The notes: generated from the letters alone by a model not told the origin. Numbered from the stretch's first letter, positions 41,901-58,599 are shown. The stretch is 64,000 bases of DNA from Auanema rhodensis (GCA_964057225.1 OZ059898.1:248001-312000), one strand, 5' to 3'. Numbers and translations: made by a program.

Positions 41901-42859
41901 TTTCACGTGAAGCGAGTTACATACCAAGTGCACATCACGTGTACATTTAATTAGCATAAATTAAAGTTCACGTAAATTACAAAGTCATGGTTACCATGCA
42001 CCAATATCAATAAAAATTTGTTTTTAGACTAATATGGACATGGGAAATTTAATTTTGAAAACCGCATCTCTTTATCTTTCACGTGAAGCGAGTTACATAC
42101 CAAGTGCACATCACGTGTACATTTAATTAGCATAAATTAAAGTTCACGTAAATTTCAAAGTCATGGTTACCATGCACCAATATCAATAAAAATTTGTTTT
42201 TAGACTAATATGGACATGGGGAATCTAATTTTGAAAACCGCATCTCTTTATCTTTCACGTGAAGCGAGTTACATACCAAGTGCACATCACGTGTACATTT
42301 AATTAGCATAAATTAAAGTTCACGTAAATTTCAAAGTCATGGTTACCATGAACCAATATCAATAAAAATTTGTTTTTAGACTAATATGGACATAGGGAAT
42401 CTAATTTTGAAAACCGCATCTCTTCATCTTTCACGTGAAGCGAGTTACATACCAAGTGCACATCACGTGTACATTTAATTAGCATAAATTGAAGTTCACG
42501 TAAATTTCAAAGTCATGGTTACCATGAACCAATATCAATAAAAATTTGTTTTTAGACTAATATGGACATGGGGAATCTAATTTTGAAAACCGCATCTCTT
42601 TATCTTTCACGTGAAGCGAGTTACATACCAAGTGCACATCAAGTGTACATTTAATTAGCATAAATTAAAGTTCACGTAAATTTCAAAGTCATGGTTACCA
42701 TGCACCAATATCAATAAAAATTTGTTTTTAGACTAATATGGACATGGGGAATCTAATTTTGAAAACCGCATCTCTTTATCTTTCACGTGAAGCGAGTTAC
42801 ATACCAAGTGCACATCACGTGTACATTTAATTAGCATAAATTAAAGTTCACGTGAATTT

Positions 42860-45800
42860 CAAAGTCATGGTTACCATGAACCAATATCAATAAAAATTTG
42901 TTTTTAGACTAATATGGACATAGGGAATCTAATTTTGAAAACCGCATCTCTTCATCTTTCACGTGAAGCGAGTTACATACCAAGTGCACATCACGTGTAC
43001 ATTTAATTAGCATAAATTGAAGTTCACGTAAATTTCAAAGTCATGGTTACCATGAACCAATATCAATAAAAATTTGTTTTTAGACTAATATGGACATGGG
43101 GAATCTAATTTTGAAAACCGCATCTCTTTATCTTTCACGTGAAGCGAGTTACATACCAAGTGCACATCACGTGTACATTTAATTAGCATAAATTAAAGTT
43201 CACGTAAATTTCAAAGTCATGGTTACCATGCACCAATATCAATAAAAATTTGTTTTTAGACTAATATGGACATGGGGAATCTAATTTTGAAAACCGCATC
43301 TCTTTATCTTTCACGTGAAGCGAGTTACATACCAAGTGCACATCACGTGTACATTTAATTAGCATAAATTAAAGTTCACGTAAATTTCAAAGTCATGGTT
43401 ACCATGAACCAATATCAATAAAAATTTGTTTTTAGACTAATATGGACATGGGGAATCTAATTTTGAAAACCGCATCTCTTTATCTTTCACGTGAAGCGAG
43501 TTACATACCAAGTGCACATCACGTGTACATTTAATTAGCATAAATTAAAGTTCACGTAAATTTCAAAGTCATGGTTACCATGCACCAATATCAATAAAAA
43601 TTTGTTTTTAGACTAATATGGACATGGGAAATTTAATTTTGAAAACCGCATCTCTTTATCTTTCACGTGAAGCGAGTTACATACCAAGTGCACATCACGT
43701 GTACATTTAATTAGCATAAATTAAAGTTCACGTAAATTTCAAAGTCCTGGTTACCATGCACCAATATCAATAAAAATTTGTTTTTTGACTAATATGGACA
43801 TGGGGAATCTAATTTTGAAAACCGCATCTCTTTATCTTTCACGTGAAGCGAGTTACATACCAAGTGCACATCACGTGTACATTTAATTAGCATAAATTAA
43901 AGTTCACGTAAATTTCAAAGTCATGGTTACCATGCACCAATATCAATAAAAATTTGTTTTTAGACTAATATGGACATGGGAAATTTAATTTTGAAAACCG
44001 CATCTCTTTATCTTTCACGTGAAGCGAGTTACATACCAAGTGCACATCACGTGTACATTTAATTAGCATAAATTAAAGTTCACGTAAATTTCAAAGTCAT
44101 GGTTACCATGCACCAATATCAATAAAAATTTGTTTTTAGACTAATATGGACATGGGGAATCTAATTTTGAAAACCGCATCTCTTTATCTTTCACGTGAAG
44201 CGAGTTACATACCAAGTGCACATCACGTGTACATTTAATTAGCATAAATTGAAGTTCACGTAAATTTAAAAGTCATGGTTACCATGCACCAATATCACTA
44301 AAAATTTGTTTTTAGACTAATATGGACATGGGGAATCTAATTTTGAAAACCGCATCTCTTTATCTTTCACGTGAAGCGAGTTACATACCAAGGGCACATC
44401 ACGTGTACATTTAATTAGCATAAATTAAAGTTCACGTAAATTTCAAAGTCATGGTTACCATGCACCAATATCAATAAAAATTTGTTTTTAGACTAATATG
44501 GACATGGGGAATTTAATTTTGAAAACCGCATCTCTTTATCTTTCACGTGAAGCGAGTTACATACCAAGTGCACATCACGTGTACATTTAATTAGCATAAA
44601 TTAAAGTTCACGTAAATTTCAAAGTCATGGTTACCATGAACCAATATCAATAAAAATTTGTTTTTAGACTAATATGGACAAGGGAAATTTAATTTTGAAA
44701 ACCGCATCTCTTTATCTTTCACGTGAAGCGAGTTACATACCAAGTGCACATCACGTGTACATTTAATTAGCATAAATTAAAGTTCACGTAAATTTCAAAG
44801 TCATGGTTACCATGCACCAATATCAATAAAAATTTGTTTTTTGACTAATATGGACATGGGGAATCTAATTTTGGAAACCGCATCTCTTTATCTTTCACGT
44901 GAAGCGAGTTACATACCAAGTGCACATCACGTGTACATTTAATTAGCATAAATTAAAGTTCACGTAAATTTCAAAGTCATGGTTACCATGCACCAATATC
45001 AATAAAAATTTGTTTTTAGACTAATATGGACATGGGGAATCTAATTTTGAAAACCGCATCTCTTTATCTTTCACGTGAAGCGAGTTACATACCAAGTGCA
45101 CATCACGTGTACATTTAATTAGCATAAATTAAAGTTCACGTAAATTTCAAAGTCATGGTTACCATGCACCAATATCAATAAAAATTTGTTTTTAGACTAA
45201 TATGGACATGGGGAATCTAATTTTGAAAACCGCATCTCTTTATCTTTCACGTGAAGCGAGTTACATACCAAGTGCACATCACGTGTACATATAATTAGCA
45301 TAAATTAAAGTTCACGTAAATTTCAAAGTCATGGTTACCATGAACCAATATCAATAAAAATTTGTTTTTAGACTAATATGGACATGGGGAATCTAATTTT
45401 GAAAACCGCATCTCTTTATCTTTCACGTGAAGCGAGTTACATACCAAGTGCACATCACGTGTACATTTAATTAGCATAAATTAAAGTTCACGTAAATTTC
45501 AAAGTCATGGTTACCATGCACCAATATCACTAAAAATTTGTTTTTAGACTAATATGGACATGGGGAATCTAATTTTGAAAACCGCATCTCTTTATCTTTC
45601 ACGTGAAGCGAGTTACATACCAAGGGCACATCACGTGTACATTTAATTAGCATAAGTTAAAGTTCACGTAAATTTCAAAGTCATGGTTACCATGCACCAA
45701 TATCAATAAAAATTTGTTTTTAGACTAATATGGAAATGGGGAATCTAATTTTGAAAACCGCATCTCTTTATCTTTCACGTGAAGCGAGTTACATACCAAG

Positions 45801-48800
45801 TGCACATCACGTGTACATTTAATTAGCATAAATTAAAGTTCACGTAAATTTCAAAGTCATGGTTACCATGAACCAATATCAATAAAAATTTGTTTTTAGA
45901 CTAATATGGACATGGGGAATCTAATTTTGAAAACCGCATCTCTTTATCTTTCACGTGAAGCGAGTTACATACCAAGTGCACATCACGTGTACATTTAATT
46001 AGCATAAATTAAAGTTCACGTAAATTTCAAAGTCATGGTTACCATGCACCAATATCAATAAAAATTTGTTTTTAGACTAATATGGACATGGGGAATCTAA
46101 TTTTGGAAACCGCATCTCTTTATCTTTCACGTGAAGCGAGTTACATACCAAGTGCACATCACGTGTACATTTAATTAGCATAAATTGAAGTTCACGTAAA
46201 TTTCAAAGTCATGGTTACCATGAACCAATATCAATAAAAATTTGTTTTTAGACTAATATGGACATGGGGAATCTAATTTTGAAAACCGCATCTCTTTATC
46301 TTTCACGTGAAGCGAGTTACATACCAAGTGCACATCACGTGTACATTTAATTAGCATAAATTAAAGTTCACGTAAATTTCAAAGTCATGGTTACCATGAA
46401 CCAATATCAAAAAAAATTTGTTTTTAGACTAATATGGACATGGGGAATCTAATTTTGAAAACCGCATCTCTTTATCTTTCACGTGAAGCGAGTTACATAC
46501 CAAGTGCACATCACGTGTACATTTAATTAGCATAAATTAAAGTTCACGTAAATTTCAAAGTCATGGTTACCATGCACAAATATCAATAAAAATTTGTTTT
46601 TAGACTAATATGGACATGGGGAATCTAATTTTGAAAACCGCATCTCTTTATCTTTCACGTGAAGCGAGTTACATACCAAGTGCACATCACGTGTACATTT
46701 AATTAGCATAAATTGAAGTTCACGTAAATTTCAAAGTCATGGTTACCATGAACCAATATCAATAAAAATTTGTTTTTAGACTAATATGGACATGGGGAAT
46801 CTAATTTTGAAAACCGCATCTCTTTATCTTTCACGTGAAGCGAGTTACATACCAAGTGCACATCACGTGTACATTTAATTAGCATAAATTAAAGTTCACG
46901 TAAATTTCAAAGTCATGGTTACCATGAACCAATATCAAAAAAAATTTGTTTTTAGACTAATATGGACATGGGGAATCTAATTTTGAAAACCGCATCTCTT
47001 TATCTTTCACGTGAAGCGAGTTACATACCAAGTGCACATCACGTGTACATTTAATTAGCATAAATTAAAGTTCACGTAAATTTCAAAGTCATGGTTACCA
47101 TGCACAAATATCAATAAAAATTTGTTTTTAGACTAATATGGACATGGGGAATCTAATTTTGAAAACCGCATCTCTTTATCTTTCACGTGAAGCGAGTTAC
47201 ATACCAAGTGCACATCACGTGTACATTTAATTAGCATAAATTAAAGTTCACGTAAATTTCAAAGTCATGGTTACCATGCACCAATATCAATAAAAATTTG
47301 TTTTTAGACTAATATGGACATGGGGAATCTAATTTTGAAAACCGCATCTCTTTATCTTTCACGTGAAGCGAGTTACATACCAAGGGCACATCACGTGTAC
47401 ATTTAATTAGCATAAATTAAAGTTCACGTAAATTTCAAAGTCATGGTTACCATGCACCAATATCAATAAAAATTTGTTTTTAGACTAATATGGACATGGG
47501 GAATCTAATTTTGAAAACCGCATCTCTTTATCTTTCACGTGAAGCGAGTTACATACCAAGTGCACATCACGTGTACATTTAATTAGCATAAATTAAAGTT
47601 CACGTAAATTTCAAAGTCATGGTTACCATGCACCAATATCAATAAAAATTTGTTTTTAGACTAATATGGACATGGGGAATCTAATTTTGAAAACCGCATC
47701 TCTTTATCTTTCACGTGAAGCGAGTTACATACCAAGTGCACATCACGTGTACATTTAATTAGCATAAATTAAAGTTCACGTAAATTACAAAGTCATGGTT
47801 ACCATGCACCAATATCAATAAAAATTTGTTTTTAGACTAATATGGACATGGGGAATCTAATTTTGGAAACCGCATCTCTTTATCTTTCACGTGAAGCGAG
47901 TTACATACCAAGTGCACATCACGTGTACATTTAATTAGCATAAATTAAAGTTCACGTAAATTTCAAAGTCATGGTTACCATGCACCAATATCAATAAAAA
48001 TTTGTTTTTAGACTAATATGGACATGGGGAATCTAATTTTGAAAACCGTATCTCTTTATCTTTCACGTGAAGCGAGTTACATACCAAGTGCACATCACGT
48101 GTACATTTAATTAGCATAAATTAAAGTTCACGTAAATTTCAAAGTCATGGTTACCATGAACCAATATCAATAAAAATTTGTTTTTAGACTAATATGGACA
48201 TGGGAAATCTAATTTTGAAAACCGCATCTCTTTATCTTTCACGTGAAGCGAGTTACATACCAAGTGCACATCACGTGTACATTTAATTAGCATAAATTAA
48301 AGTTCACGTAAATTTCAAAGTCATGGTTACCATGCACCAATATCAATAAAAATTTGTTTTTAGACTAATATGGACATGGGAAATTTAATTTTGAAAACCG
48401 CATCTCTTTATCTTTCACGTGAAGCGAGTTACATACCAAGTGCACATCACGTGTACATTTAATTAGCATAAATTAAAGTTCACGTAAATTTCAAAGTCAT
48501 GGTTACCATGCACCAATATCAATAAAAATTTGTTTTTAGACTAATATGGACATGGGGAATCTAATTTTGAAAACCGCATCTCTTTATCTTTCACGTGAAG
48601 CGAGTTACATACCAAGTGCACATCACGTGTACATTTAATTAGCATAAATTAAAGTTCACGTAAATTTCAAAGTCATGGTTACCATGAACCAATATCAATA
48701 AAAATTTGTTTTTAGACTAATATGGACATAGGGAATCTAATTTTGAAAACCGCATCTCTTCATCTTTCACGTGAAGCGAGTTACATACCAAGTGCACATC

Positions 48801-51800
48801 ACGTGTACATTTAATTAGCATAAATTGAAGTTCACGTAAATTTCAAAGTCATGGTTACCATGAACCAATATCAATAAAAATTTGTTTTTAGACTAATATG
48901 GACATGGGGAATCTAATTTTGAAAACCGCATCTCTTTATCTTTCACGTGAAGCGAGTTACATACCAAGTGCACATCACGTGTACATTTAATTAGCATAAA
49001 TTAAAGTTCACGTAAATTTCAAAGTCATGGTTACCATGCACCAATATCAATAAAAATTTGTTTTTAGACTAATATGGACATGGGGAATCTAATTTTGAAA
49101 ACCGCATCTCTTTATCTTTCACGTGAAGCGAGTTACATACCAAGTGCACATCACGTGTACATTTAATTAGCATAAATTAAAGTTCACGTAAATTTCAAAG
49201 TCATGGTTACCATGAACCAATATCAATAAAAATTTGTTTTTAGACTAATATGGACATGGGGAATCTAATTTTGAAAACCGCATCTCTTTATCTTTCACGT
49301 GAAGCGAGTTACATACCAAGTGCACATCACGTGTACATTTAATTAGCATAAATTAAAGTTCACGTAAATTTCAAAGTCATGGTTACCATGCACCAATATC
49401 AATAAAAATTTGTTTTTAGACTAATATGGACATGGGAAATTTAATTTTGAAAACCGCATCTCTTTATCTTTCACGTGAAGCGAGTTACATACCAAGTGCA
49501 CATCACGTGTACATTTAATTAGCATAAATTAAAGTTCACGTAAATTTCAAAGTCCTGGTTACCATGCACCAATATCAATAAAAATTTGTTTTTTGACTAA
49601 TATGGACATGGGGAATCTAATTTTGAAAACCGCATCTCTTTATCTTTCACGTGAAGCGAGTTACATACCAAGTGCACATCACGTGTACATTTAATTAGCA
49701 TAAATTAAAGTTCACGTAAATTTCAAAGTCATGGTTACCATGCACCAATATCAATAAAAATTTGTTTTTAGACTAATATGGACATGGGGAATCTAATTTT
49801 GAAAACCGCATCTCTTTATCTTTCACGTGAAGCGAGTTACATACCAAGTGCACATCACGTGTACATTTAATTAGCATAAATTAAAGTTCACGTAAATTTC
49901 AAAGTCATGGTTACCATGCACCAATATCAATAAAAATTTGTTTTTAGACTAATATGGACATGGGGAATTTAATTTTGAAAACCGCATCTCTTTATCTTTC
50001 ACGTGAAGCGAGTTACATACCAAGTGCACATCACGTGTACATTTAATTAGCATAAATTAAAGTTCACGTAAATTTCAAAGTCATGGTTACCATGAACCAA
50101 TATCAATAAAAATTTGTTTTTAGACTAATATGGACAAGGGAAATTTAATTTTGAAAACCGCATCTCTTTATCTTTCACGTGAAGCGAGTTACATACCAAG
50201 TGCACATCACGTGTACATTTAATTAGCATAAATTAAAGTTCACGTAAATTTCAAAGTCATGGTTACCATGCACCAATATCAATAAAAATTTGTTTTTTGA
50301 CTAATATGGACATGGGGAATCTAATTTTGGAAACCGCATCTCTTTATCTTTCACGTGAAGCGAGTTACATACCAAGTGCACATCACGTGTACATTTAATT
50401 AGCATAAATTAAAGTTCACGTAAATTTCAAAGTCATGGTTACCATGCACCAATATCAATAAAAATTTGTTTTTAGACTAATATGGACATGGGGAATCTAA
50501 TTTTGAAAACCGCATCTCTTTATCTTTCACGTGAAGCGAGTTACATACCAAGTGCACATCACGTGTACATTTAATTAGCATAAATTAAAGTTCACGTAAA
50601 TTTCAAAGTCATGGTTACCATGCACCAATATCAATAAAAATTTGTTTTTAGACTAATATGGACATGGGGAATCTAATTTTGAAAACCGCATCTCTTTATC
50701 TTTCACGTGAAGCGAGTTACATACCAAGTGCACATCACGTGTACATATAATTAGCATAAATTAAAGTTCATGTAAATTTCAAAGTCATGGTTACCATGAA
50801 CCAATATCAATAAAAATTTGTTTTTAGACTAATATGGACATGGGGAATCTAATTTTGAAAACCGCATCTCTTTATCTTTCACGTGAAGCGAGTTACATAC
50901 CAAGTGCACATCACGTGTACATTTAATTAGCATAAATTAAAGTTCACGTAAATTTCAAAGTCATGGTTACCATGCACCAATATCACTAAAAATTTGTTTT
51001 TAGACTAATATGGACATGGGGAATCTAATTTTGAAAACCGCATCTCTTTATCTTTCACGTGAAGCGAGTTACATACCAAGGGCACATCACGTGTACATTT
51101 AATTAGCATAAATTAAAGTTCACGTAAATTTCAAAGTCATGGTTACCATGCACCAATATCAATAAAAATTTGTTTTTAGACTAATATGGAAATGGGGAAT
51201 CTAATTTTGAAAACCGCATCTCTTTATCTTTCACGTGAAGCGAGTTACATACCAAGTGCACATCACGTGTACATTTAATTAGCATAAATTAAAGTTCACG
51301 TAAATTTCAAAGTCATGGTTACCATGAACCAATATCAATAAAAATTTGTTTTTAGACTAATATGGACATGGGGAATCTAATTTTGAAAACCGCATCTCTT
51401 TATCTTTCACGTGAAGCGAGTTACATACCAAGTGCACATCACGTGTACATTTAATTAGCATAAATTAAAGTTCACGTAAATTTCAAAGTCATGGTTACCA
51501 TGCACCAATATCAATAAAAATTTGTTTTTAGACTAATATGGACATGGGGAATCTAATTTTGGAAACCGCATCTCTTTATCTTTCACGTGAAGCGAGTTAC
51601 ATACCAAGTGCACATCACGTGTACATTTAATTAGCATAAATTGAAGTTCACGTAAATTTCAAAGTCATGGTTACCATGAACCAATATCAATAAAAATTTG
51701 TTTTTAGACTAATATGGACATGGGGAATCTAATTTTGAAAACCGCATCTCTTTATCTTTCACGTGAAGCGAGTTACATACCAAGTGCACATCACGTGTAC

Positions 51801-53086
51801 ATTTAATTAGCATAAATTAAAGTTCACGTAAATTTCAAAGTCATGGTTACCATGAACCAATATCAAAAAAAATTTGTTTTTAGACTAATATGGACATGGG
51901 GAATCTAATTTTGAAAACCGCATCTCTTTATCTTTCACGTGAAGCGAGTTACATACCAAGTGCACATCACGTGTACATTTAATTAGCATAAATTAAAGTT
52001 CACGTAAATTTCAAAGTCATGGTTACCATGCACAAATATCAATAAAAATTTGTTTTTAGACTAATATGGACATGGGGAATCTAATTTTGAAAACCGCATC
52101 TCTTTATCTTTCACGTGAAGCGAGTTACATACCAAGTGCACATCACGTGTACATTTAATTAGCATAAATTGAAGTTCACGTAAATTTCAAAGTCATGGTT
52201 ACCATGAACCAATATCAATAAAAATTTGTTTTTAGACTAATATGGACATGGGGAATCTAATTTTGAAAACCGCATCTCTTTATCTTTCACGTGAAGCGAG
52301 TTACATACCAAGTGCACATCACGTGTACATTTAATTAGCATAAATTAAAGTTCACGTAAATTTCAAAGTCATGGTTACCATGAACCAATATCAAAAAAAA
52401 TTTGTTTTTAGACTAATATGGACATGGGGAATCTAATTTTGAAAACCGCATCTCTTTATCTTTCACGTGAAGCGAGTTACATACCAAGTGCACATCACGT
52501 GTACATTTAATTAGCATAAATTAAAGTTCACGTAAATTTCAAAGTCATGGTTACCATGCACAAATATCAATAAAAATTTGTTTTTAGACTAATATGGACA
52601 TGGGGAATCTAATTTTGAAAACCGCATCTCTTTATCTTTCACGTGGAGCGAGTTACATACCAAGTGCACATCACGTGTACATTTAATTAGCATAAATTAA
52701 AGTTCACGTAAATTTCAAAGTCATGGTTACCATGCACCAATATCAATAAAAATTTGTTTTTAGACTAATATGGACATGGGGAATCTAATTTTGAAAACCG
52801 CATCTCTTTATCTTTCACGTGAAGCGAGTTACATACCAAGGGCACATCACGTGTACATTTAATTAGCATAAATTAAAGTTCACGTAAATTTCAAAGTCAT
52901 GGTTACCATGCACCAATATCAATAAAAATTTGTTTTTAGACTAATATGGACATGGGGAATCTAATTTTGAAAACCGCATCTCTTTATCTTTCACGTGAAG
53001 CGAGTTACATACCAAGTGCACATCACGTGTACATTTAATTAGCATAAATTAAAGTTCACGTAAATTTCAAAGTCATGGTTACCATG
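42860..53086. repeat. Large duplication, ~42860-47630 repeated at ~48670-53086 (offset 33 monomers, then 31)
   Basis: Offset 5808: G152A 42922/48730 and A97C 43747/49555. Offset 5456: T151A 44681/50137, T57A 45291/50747, A120C 45530/50986, C149A 45735/51191, T121A 46411/51867 and 46939/52395. Confidence 0.92.
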
Positions 53087-56000
53087 AACCAATATCAATA
53101 AAAATTTGTTTTTAGACTAATATGGACATGGGGAATCTAATTTTGAAAACCGCATCTCTTTATCTTTCACGTGAAGCGAGTTACATACCAAGTGCACATC
53201 ACGTGTACATTTAATTAGCATAAATTAAAGTTCACGTAAATTTCAAAGTCATGGTTACCAAGCACCAATATCAATAAAAATTTGTTTTTAGACTAATATG
53301 GACATGGGGAATCTAATTTTGGAAACCGCATCTCTTTATCTTTCACGTGAAGCGAGTTACATACCAAGTGCACATCACGTGTACATTTAATTAGCATAAA
53401 TTGAAGTTCACGTAAATTTCAAAGTCATGGTTACCATGAACCAATATCAATAAAAATTTGTTTTTAGACTAATATGGACATGGGGAATCTAATTTTGAAA
53501 ACCGCATCTCTTTATCTTTCACGTGAAGCGAGTTACATACCAAGTGCACATCACGTGTACATTTAATTAGCATAAATTAAAGTTCACGTAAATTTCAAAG
53601 TCATGGTTACCATGAACCAATATCAAAAAAAATTTGTTTTTAGACTAATATGGACATGGGGAATCTAATTTTGAAAACCGCATCTCTTTATCTTTCACGT
53701 GAAGCGAGTTACATACCAAGTGCACATCACGTGTACATTTAATTAGCATAAATTAAAGTTCACGTAAATTTCAAAGTCATGGTTACCATGCACAAATATC
53801 AATAAAAATTTGTTTTTAGACTAATATGGACATGGGGAATCTAATTTTGAAAACCGCATCTCTTTATCTTTCACGTGAAGCGAGTTACATACCAAGGGCA
53901 CATCACGTGTACATTTAATTAGCATAAATTGAAGTTCACGTAAATTTCAAAGTCATGGTTACCATGAACCAATATCAATAAAAATTTGTTTTTAGACTAA
54001 TATGGACATGGGGAATCTAATTTTGAAAACCGCATCTCTTTATCTTTCACGTGAAGCGAGTTACATACCAAGTGCACATCACGTGTACATTTAATTAGCA
54101 TAAATTAAAGTTCACGTAAATTTCAAAGTCATGGTTACCATGAACCAATATCAATAAAAATTTGTTTTTAGACTAATATGGACATGGGGAATCTAATTTT
54201 GAAAACCGCATCTCTTTATCTTTCACGTGAAGCGAGTTACATACCAAGTGCACATCACGTGTACATTTAATTAGCATAAATTAAAGTTCACGTAAATTTC
54301 AAAGTCATGGTTACCATGCACAAATATCAATAAAAATTTGTTTTTAGACTAATATGGACATGGGGAATCTAATTTTGAAAACCGCATCTCTTTATCTTTC
54401 ACGTGAAGCGAGTTACATACCAAGTGCACATCACGTGTACATTTAATTAGCATAAATTAAAGTTCACGTAAATTTCAAAGTCATGGTTACCATGCACCAA
54501 TATCAATAAAAATTTGTTTTTAGACTAATATGGACATGGGGAATCTAATTTTGAAAACCGCATCTCTTTATCTTTCACGTGAAGCGAGTTACATACCAAG
54601 GGCACATCACGTGTACATTTAATTAGCATAAATTAAAGTTCACGTAAATTTCAAAGTCATGGTTACCATGCACCAATATCAATAAAAATTTGTTTTTAGA
54701 CTAATATGGACATGGGGAATCTAATTTTGAAAACCGCATCTCTTTATCTTTCACGTGAAGCGAGTTACATACCAAGTGCACATCACGTGTACATTTAATT
54801 AGCATAAATTAAAGTTCACGTAAATTTCAAAGTCATGGTTACCATGCACCAATATCAATAAAAATTTGTTTTTAGACTAATATGGACATGGGGAATCTAA
54901 TTTTGAAAACCGCATCTCTTTATCTTTCACGTGAAGCGAGTTACATACCAAGGGCACATCACGTGTACATTTAATTAGCATAAATTAAAGTTCACGTAAA
55001 TTTCAAAGTCATGGTTACCATGCACCAATATCAATAAAAATTTGTTTTTAGACTAATATGGACATGGGGAATCTAATTTTGAAAACCGCATCTCTTTATC
55101 TTTCACGTGAAGCGAGTTACATACCAAGTGCACATCACGTGTACATTTAATTAGCATAAATTAAAGTTCACGTAAATTTCAAAGTCATGGTTACCATGAA
55201 CCAATATCAATAAAAATTTGTTTTTAGACTAATATGGACATGGGGAATCTAATTTTGAAAACCGCATCTCTTTATCTTTCACGTGAAGCGAGTTACATAC
55301 CAAGGGCACATCACGTGTACATTTAATTAGCATAAATTAAAGTTCACGTAAATTTCAAAGTCATGGTTACCATGAACCAATATCAATAAAAATTTGTTTT
55401 TAGACTAATATGGACATGGGGAATCTAATTTTGAAAACCGCATCTCTTTATCTTTCACGTGAAGCGAGTTACATACCAAGTGCACATCACGTGTACATTT
55501 AATTAGCATAAATTAAAGTTCACGTAAATTTCAAAGTCATGGTTACCATGCACCAATATCAATAAAAATTTGTTTTTAGACTAATATGGACATGGGGAAT
55601 CTAATTTTGGAAACCGCATCTCTTTATCTTTCACGTGAAGCGAGTTACATACCAAGTGCACATCACGTGTACATTTAATTAGCATAAATTGAAGTTCACG
55701 TAAATTTCAAAGTCATGGTTACCATGAACCAATATCAATAAAAATTTGTTTTTAGACTAATATGGACATGGGGAATCTAATTTTGAAAACCGCATCTCTT
55801 TATCTTTCACGTGAAGCGAGTTACATACCAAGTGCACATCACGTGTACATTTAATTAGCATAAATTAAAGTTCACGTAAATTTCAAAGTCATGGTTACCA
55901 TGAACCAATATCAAAAAAAATTTGTTTTTAGACTAATATGGACATGGGGAATCTAATTTTGAAAACCGCATCTCTTTATCTTTCACGTGAAGCGAGTTAC

Positions 56001-58599
56001 ATACCAAGTGCACATCACGTGTACATTTAATTAGCATAAATTAAAGTTCACGTAAATTTCAAAGTCATGGTTACCATGCACAAATATCAATAAAAATTTG
56101 TTTTTAGACTAATATGGACATGGGGAATCTAATTTTGAAAACCGCATCTCTTTATCTTTCACGTGAAGCGAGTTACATACCAAGGGCACATCACGTGTAC
56201 ATTTAATTAGCATAAATTAAAGTTCACGTAAATTTCAAAGTCATGGTTACCATGCACAAATATCAATAAAAATTTGTTTTTAGACTAATATGGACATGGG
56301 GAATCTAATTTTGAAAACCGCATCTCTTTATCTTTCACGTGAAGCGAGTTACATACCAAGTGCACATCACGTGTACATTTAATTAGCATAAATTAAAGTT
56401 CACGTAAATTTCAAAGTCATGGTTACCATGCACCAATATCAATAAAAATTTGTTTTTAGACTAATATGGACATGGGGAATCTAATTTTGAAAACCGCATC
56501 TCTTTATCTTTCACGTGAAGCGAGTTACATACCAAGGGCACATCACGTGTACATTTAATTAGCATAAATTAAAGTTCACGTAAATTTCAAAGTCATGGTT
56601 ACCATGCACCAATATCAATAAAAATTTGTTTTTAGACTAATATGGACATGGGGAATCTAATTTTGAAAACCGCATCTCTTTATCTTTCACGTGAAGCGAG
56701 TTACATACCAAGTGCACATCACGTGTACATTTAATTAGCATAAATTAAAGTTCACGTAAATTTCAAAGTCATGGTTACCATGAACCAATATCAATAAAAA
56801 TTTGTTTTTAGACTAATATGGACATGGGGAATCTAATTTTGGAAACCGCATCTCTTTATCTTTCACGTGAAGCGAGTTACATACCAAGTGCACATCACGT
56901 GTACATTTAATTAGCATAAATTAAAGTTCACGTAAATTTCAAAGTCATGGTTACCAAGCACCAATATCAATAAAAATTTGTTTTTAGACTAATATGGACA
57001 TGGGGAATCTAATTTTGGAAACCGCATCTCTTTATCTTTCACGTGAAGCGAGTTACATACCAAGTGCACATCACGTGTACATTTAATTAGCATAAATTAA
57101 AGTTCACGTAAATTTCAAAGTCATGGTTACCATGCACCAATATCAATAAAAATTTGTTTTTAGACTAATATGGACATGGGGAATCTAATTTTGAAAACCG
57201 CATCTCTTTATCTTACACGTGAAGCGAGTTACATACCAAGGGCACATCACGTGTACATTTAATTAGCATAAATTAAAGTTCACGTAAATTTCAAAGTCAT
57301 GGTTACCATGCACCAATATCAATAAAAATTTGTTTTTAGACTAATATGGACATGGGGAATCTAATTTTGAAAACCGCATCTCTTTATCTTTCACGTGAAG
57401 CGAGTTACATACCAAGTGCACATCACGTGTACATTTAATTAGCATAAATTAAAGTTCACGTAAATTTCAAAGTCATGGTTACCATGCACCAATATCAATA
57501 AAAATTTGTTTTTAGACTAATATGGACATGGGAAATCTAATTTTGGAAACCGCATCTCTTTATCTTTCACGTGAAGCGAGTTACATACCAAGTGCACATC
57601 ACGTGTACATTTAATTAGCATAAATTGAAGTTCACGTAAATTTCAAAGTCATGGTTACCATGAACCAATATCAATAAAAATTTATTTTTAGACTAATATG
57701 GACATGGGGAATCTAATTTTGAAAACCGCATCTCTTTATCTTTCACGTGAAGCGAGTTACATACCAAGTGCACATCACGTGTACATTTAATTAGCATAAA
57801 TTAAAGTTCACGTAAATTTCAAAGTCATGGTTACCATGCACCAATATCAATAAAAATTTGTTTTTAGACTAATATGGACATGGGGAATCTAATTTTGAAA
57901 ACCGCATCTCTTTATCTTTCACGTGAAGCGAGTTACATACCAAGGGCACATCACGTGTACATTTAATTAGCATAAATTAAAGTTCACGTAAATTTCAAAG
58001 TCATGGTTACCATGCACCAATATCAATAAAAATCTGTTTTTAGACTAATATGGACATGGGGAATCTAATTTTGAAAACCGCATCTCTTTATCTTTCACGT
58101 GAAGCGAGTTACATACCAAGGGCACATCACGTGTACATTTAATTAGCATAAATTAAAGTTCACGTAAATTTCAAAGTCATGGTTACCATGAACCAATATC
58201 AATAAAAATTTGTTTTTAGACTAATATGGACATGGGGAATCTAATTTTGAAAACCGCATCTCTTTATCTTTCACGTGAAGCGAGTTACATACCAAGTGCA
58301 CATCACGTGTACATTTAATTAGCATAAATTAAAGTTCACGTAAATTTCAAAGTCATGGTTACCATGCACCAATATCAATAAAAATTTGTTTTTAGACTAA
58401 TATGGACATGGGGAATCTAATTTTGAAAACCGCATCTCTTTATCTTTCACGTGAAGCGAGTTACATACCAAGTGCACATCACGTGTACATTTAATTAGCA
58501 TAAATTAAAGTTCACGTAAATTTCAAAGTCATGGTTACCATGCACCAATATCAATAAAAATTTGTTTTTAGACTAATATGGACATAGGAAATCTAATTT

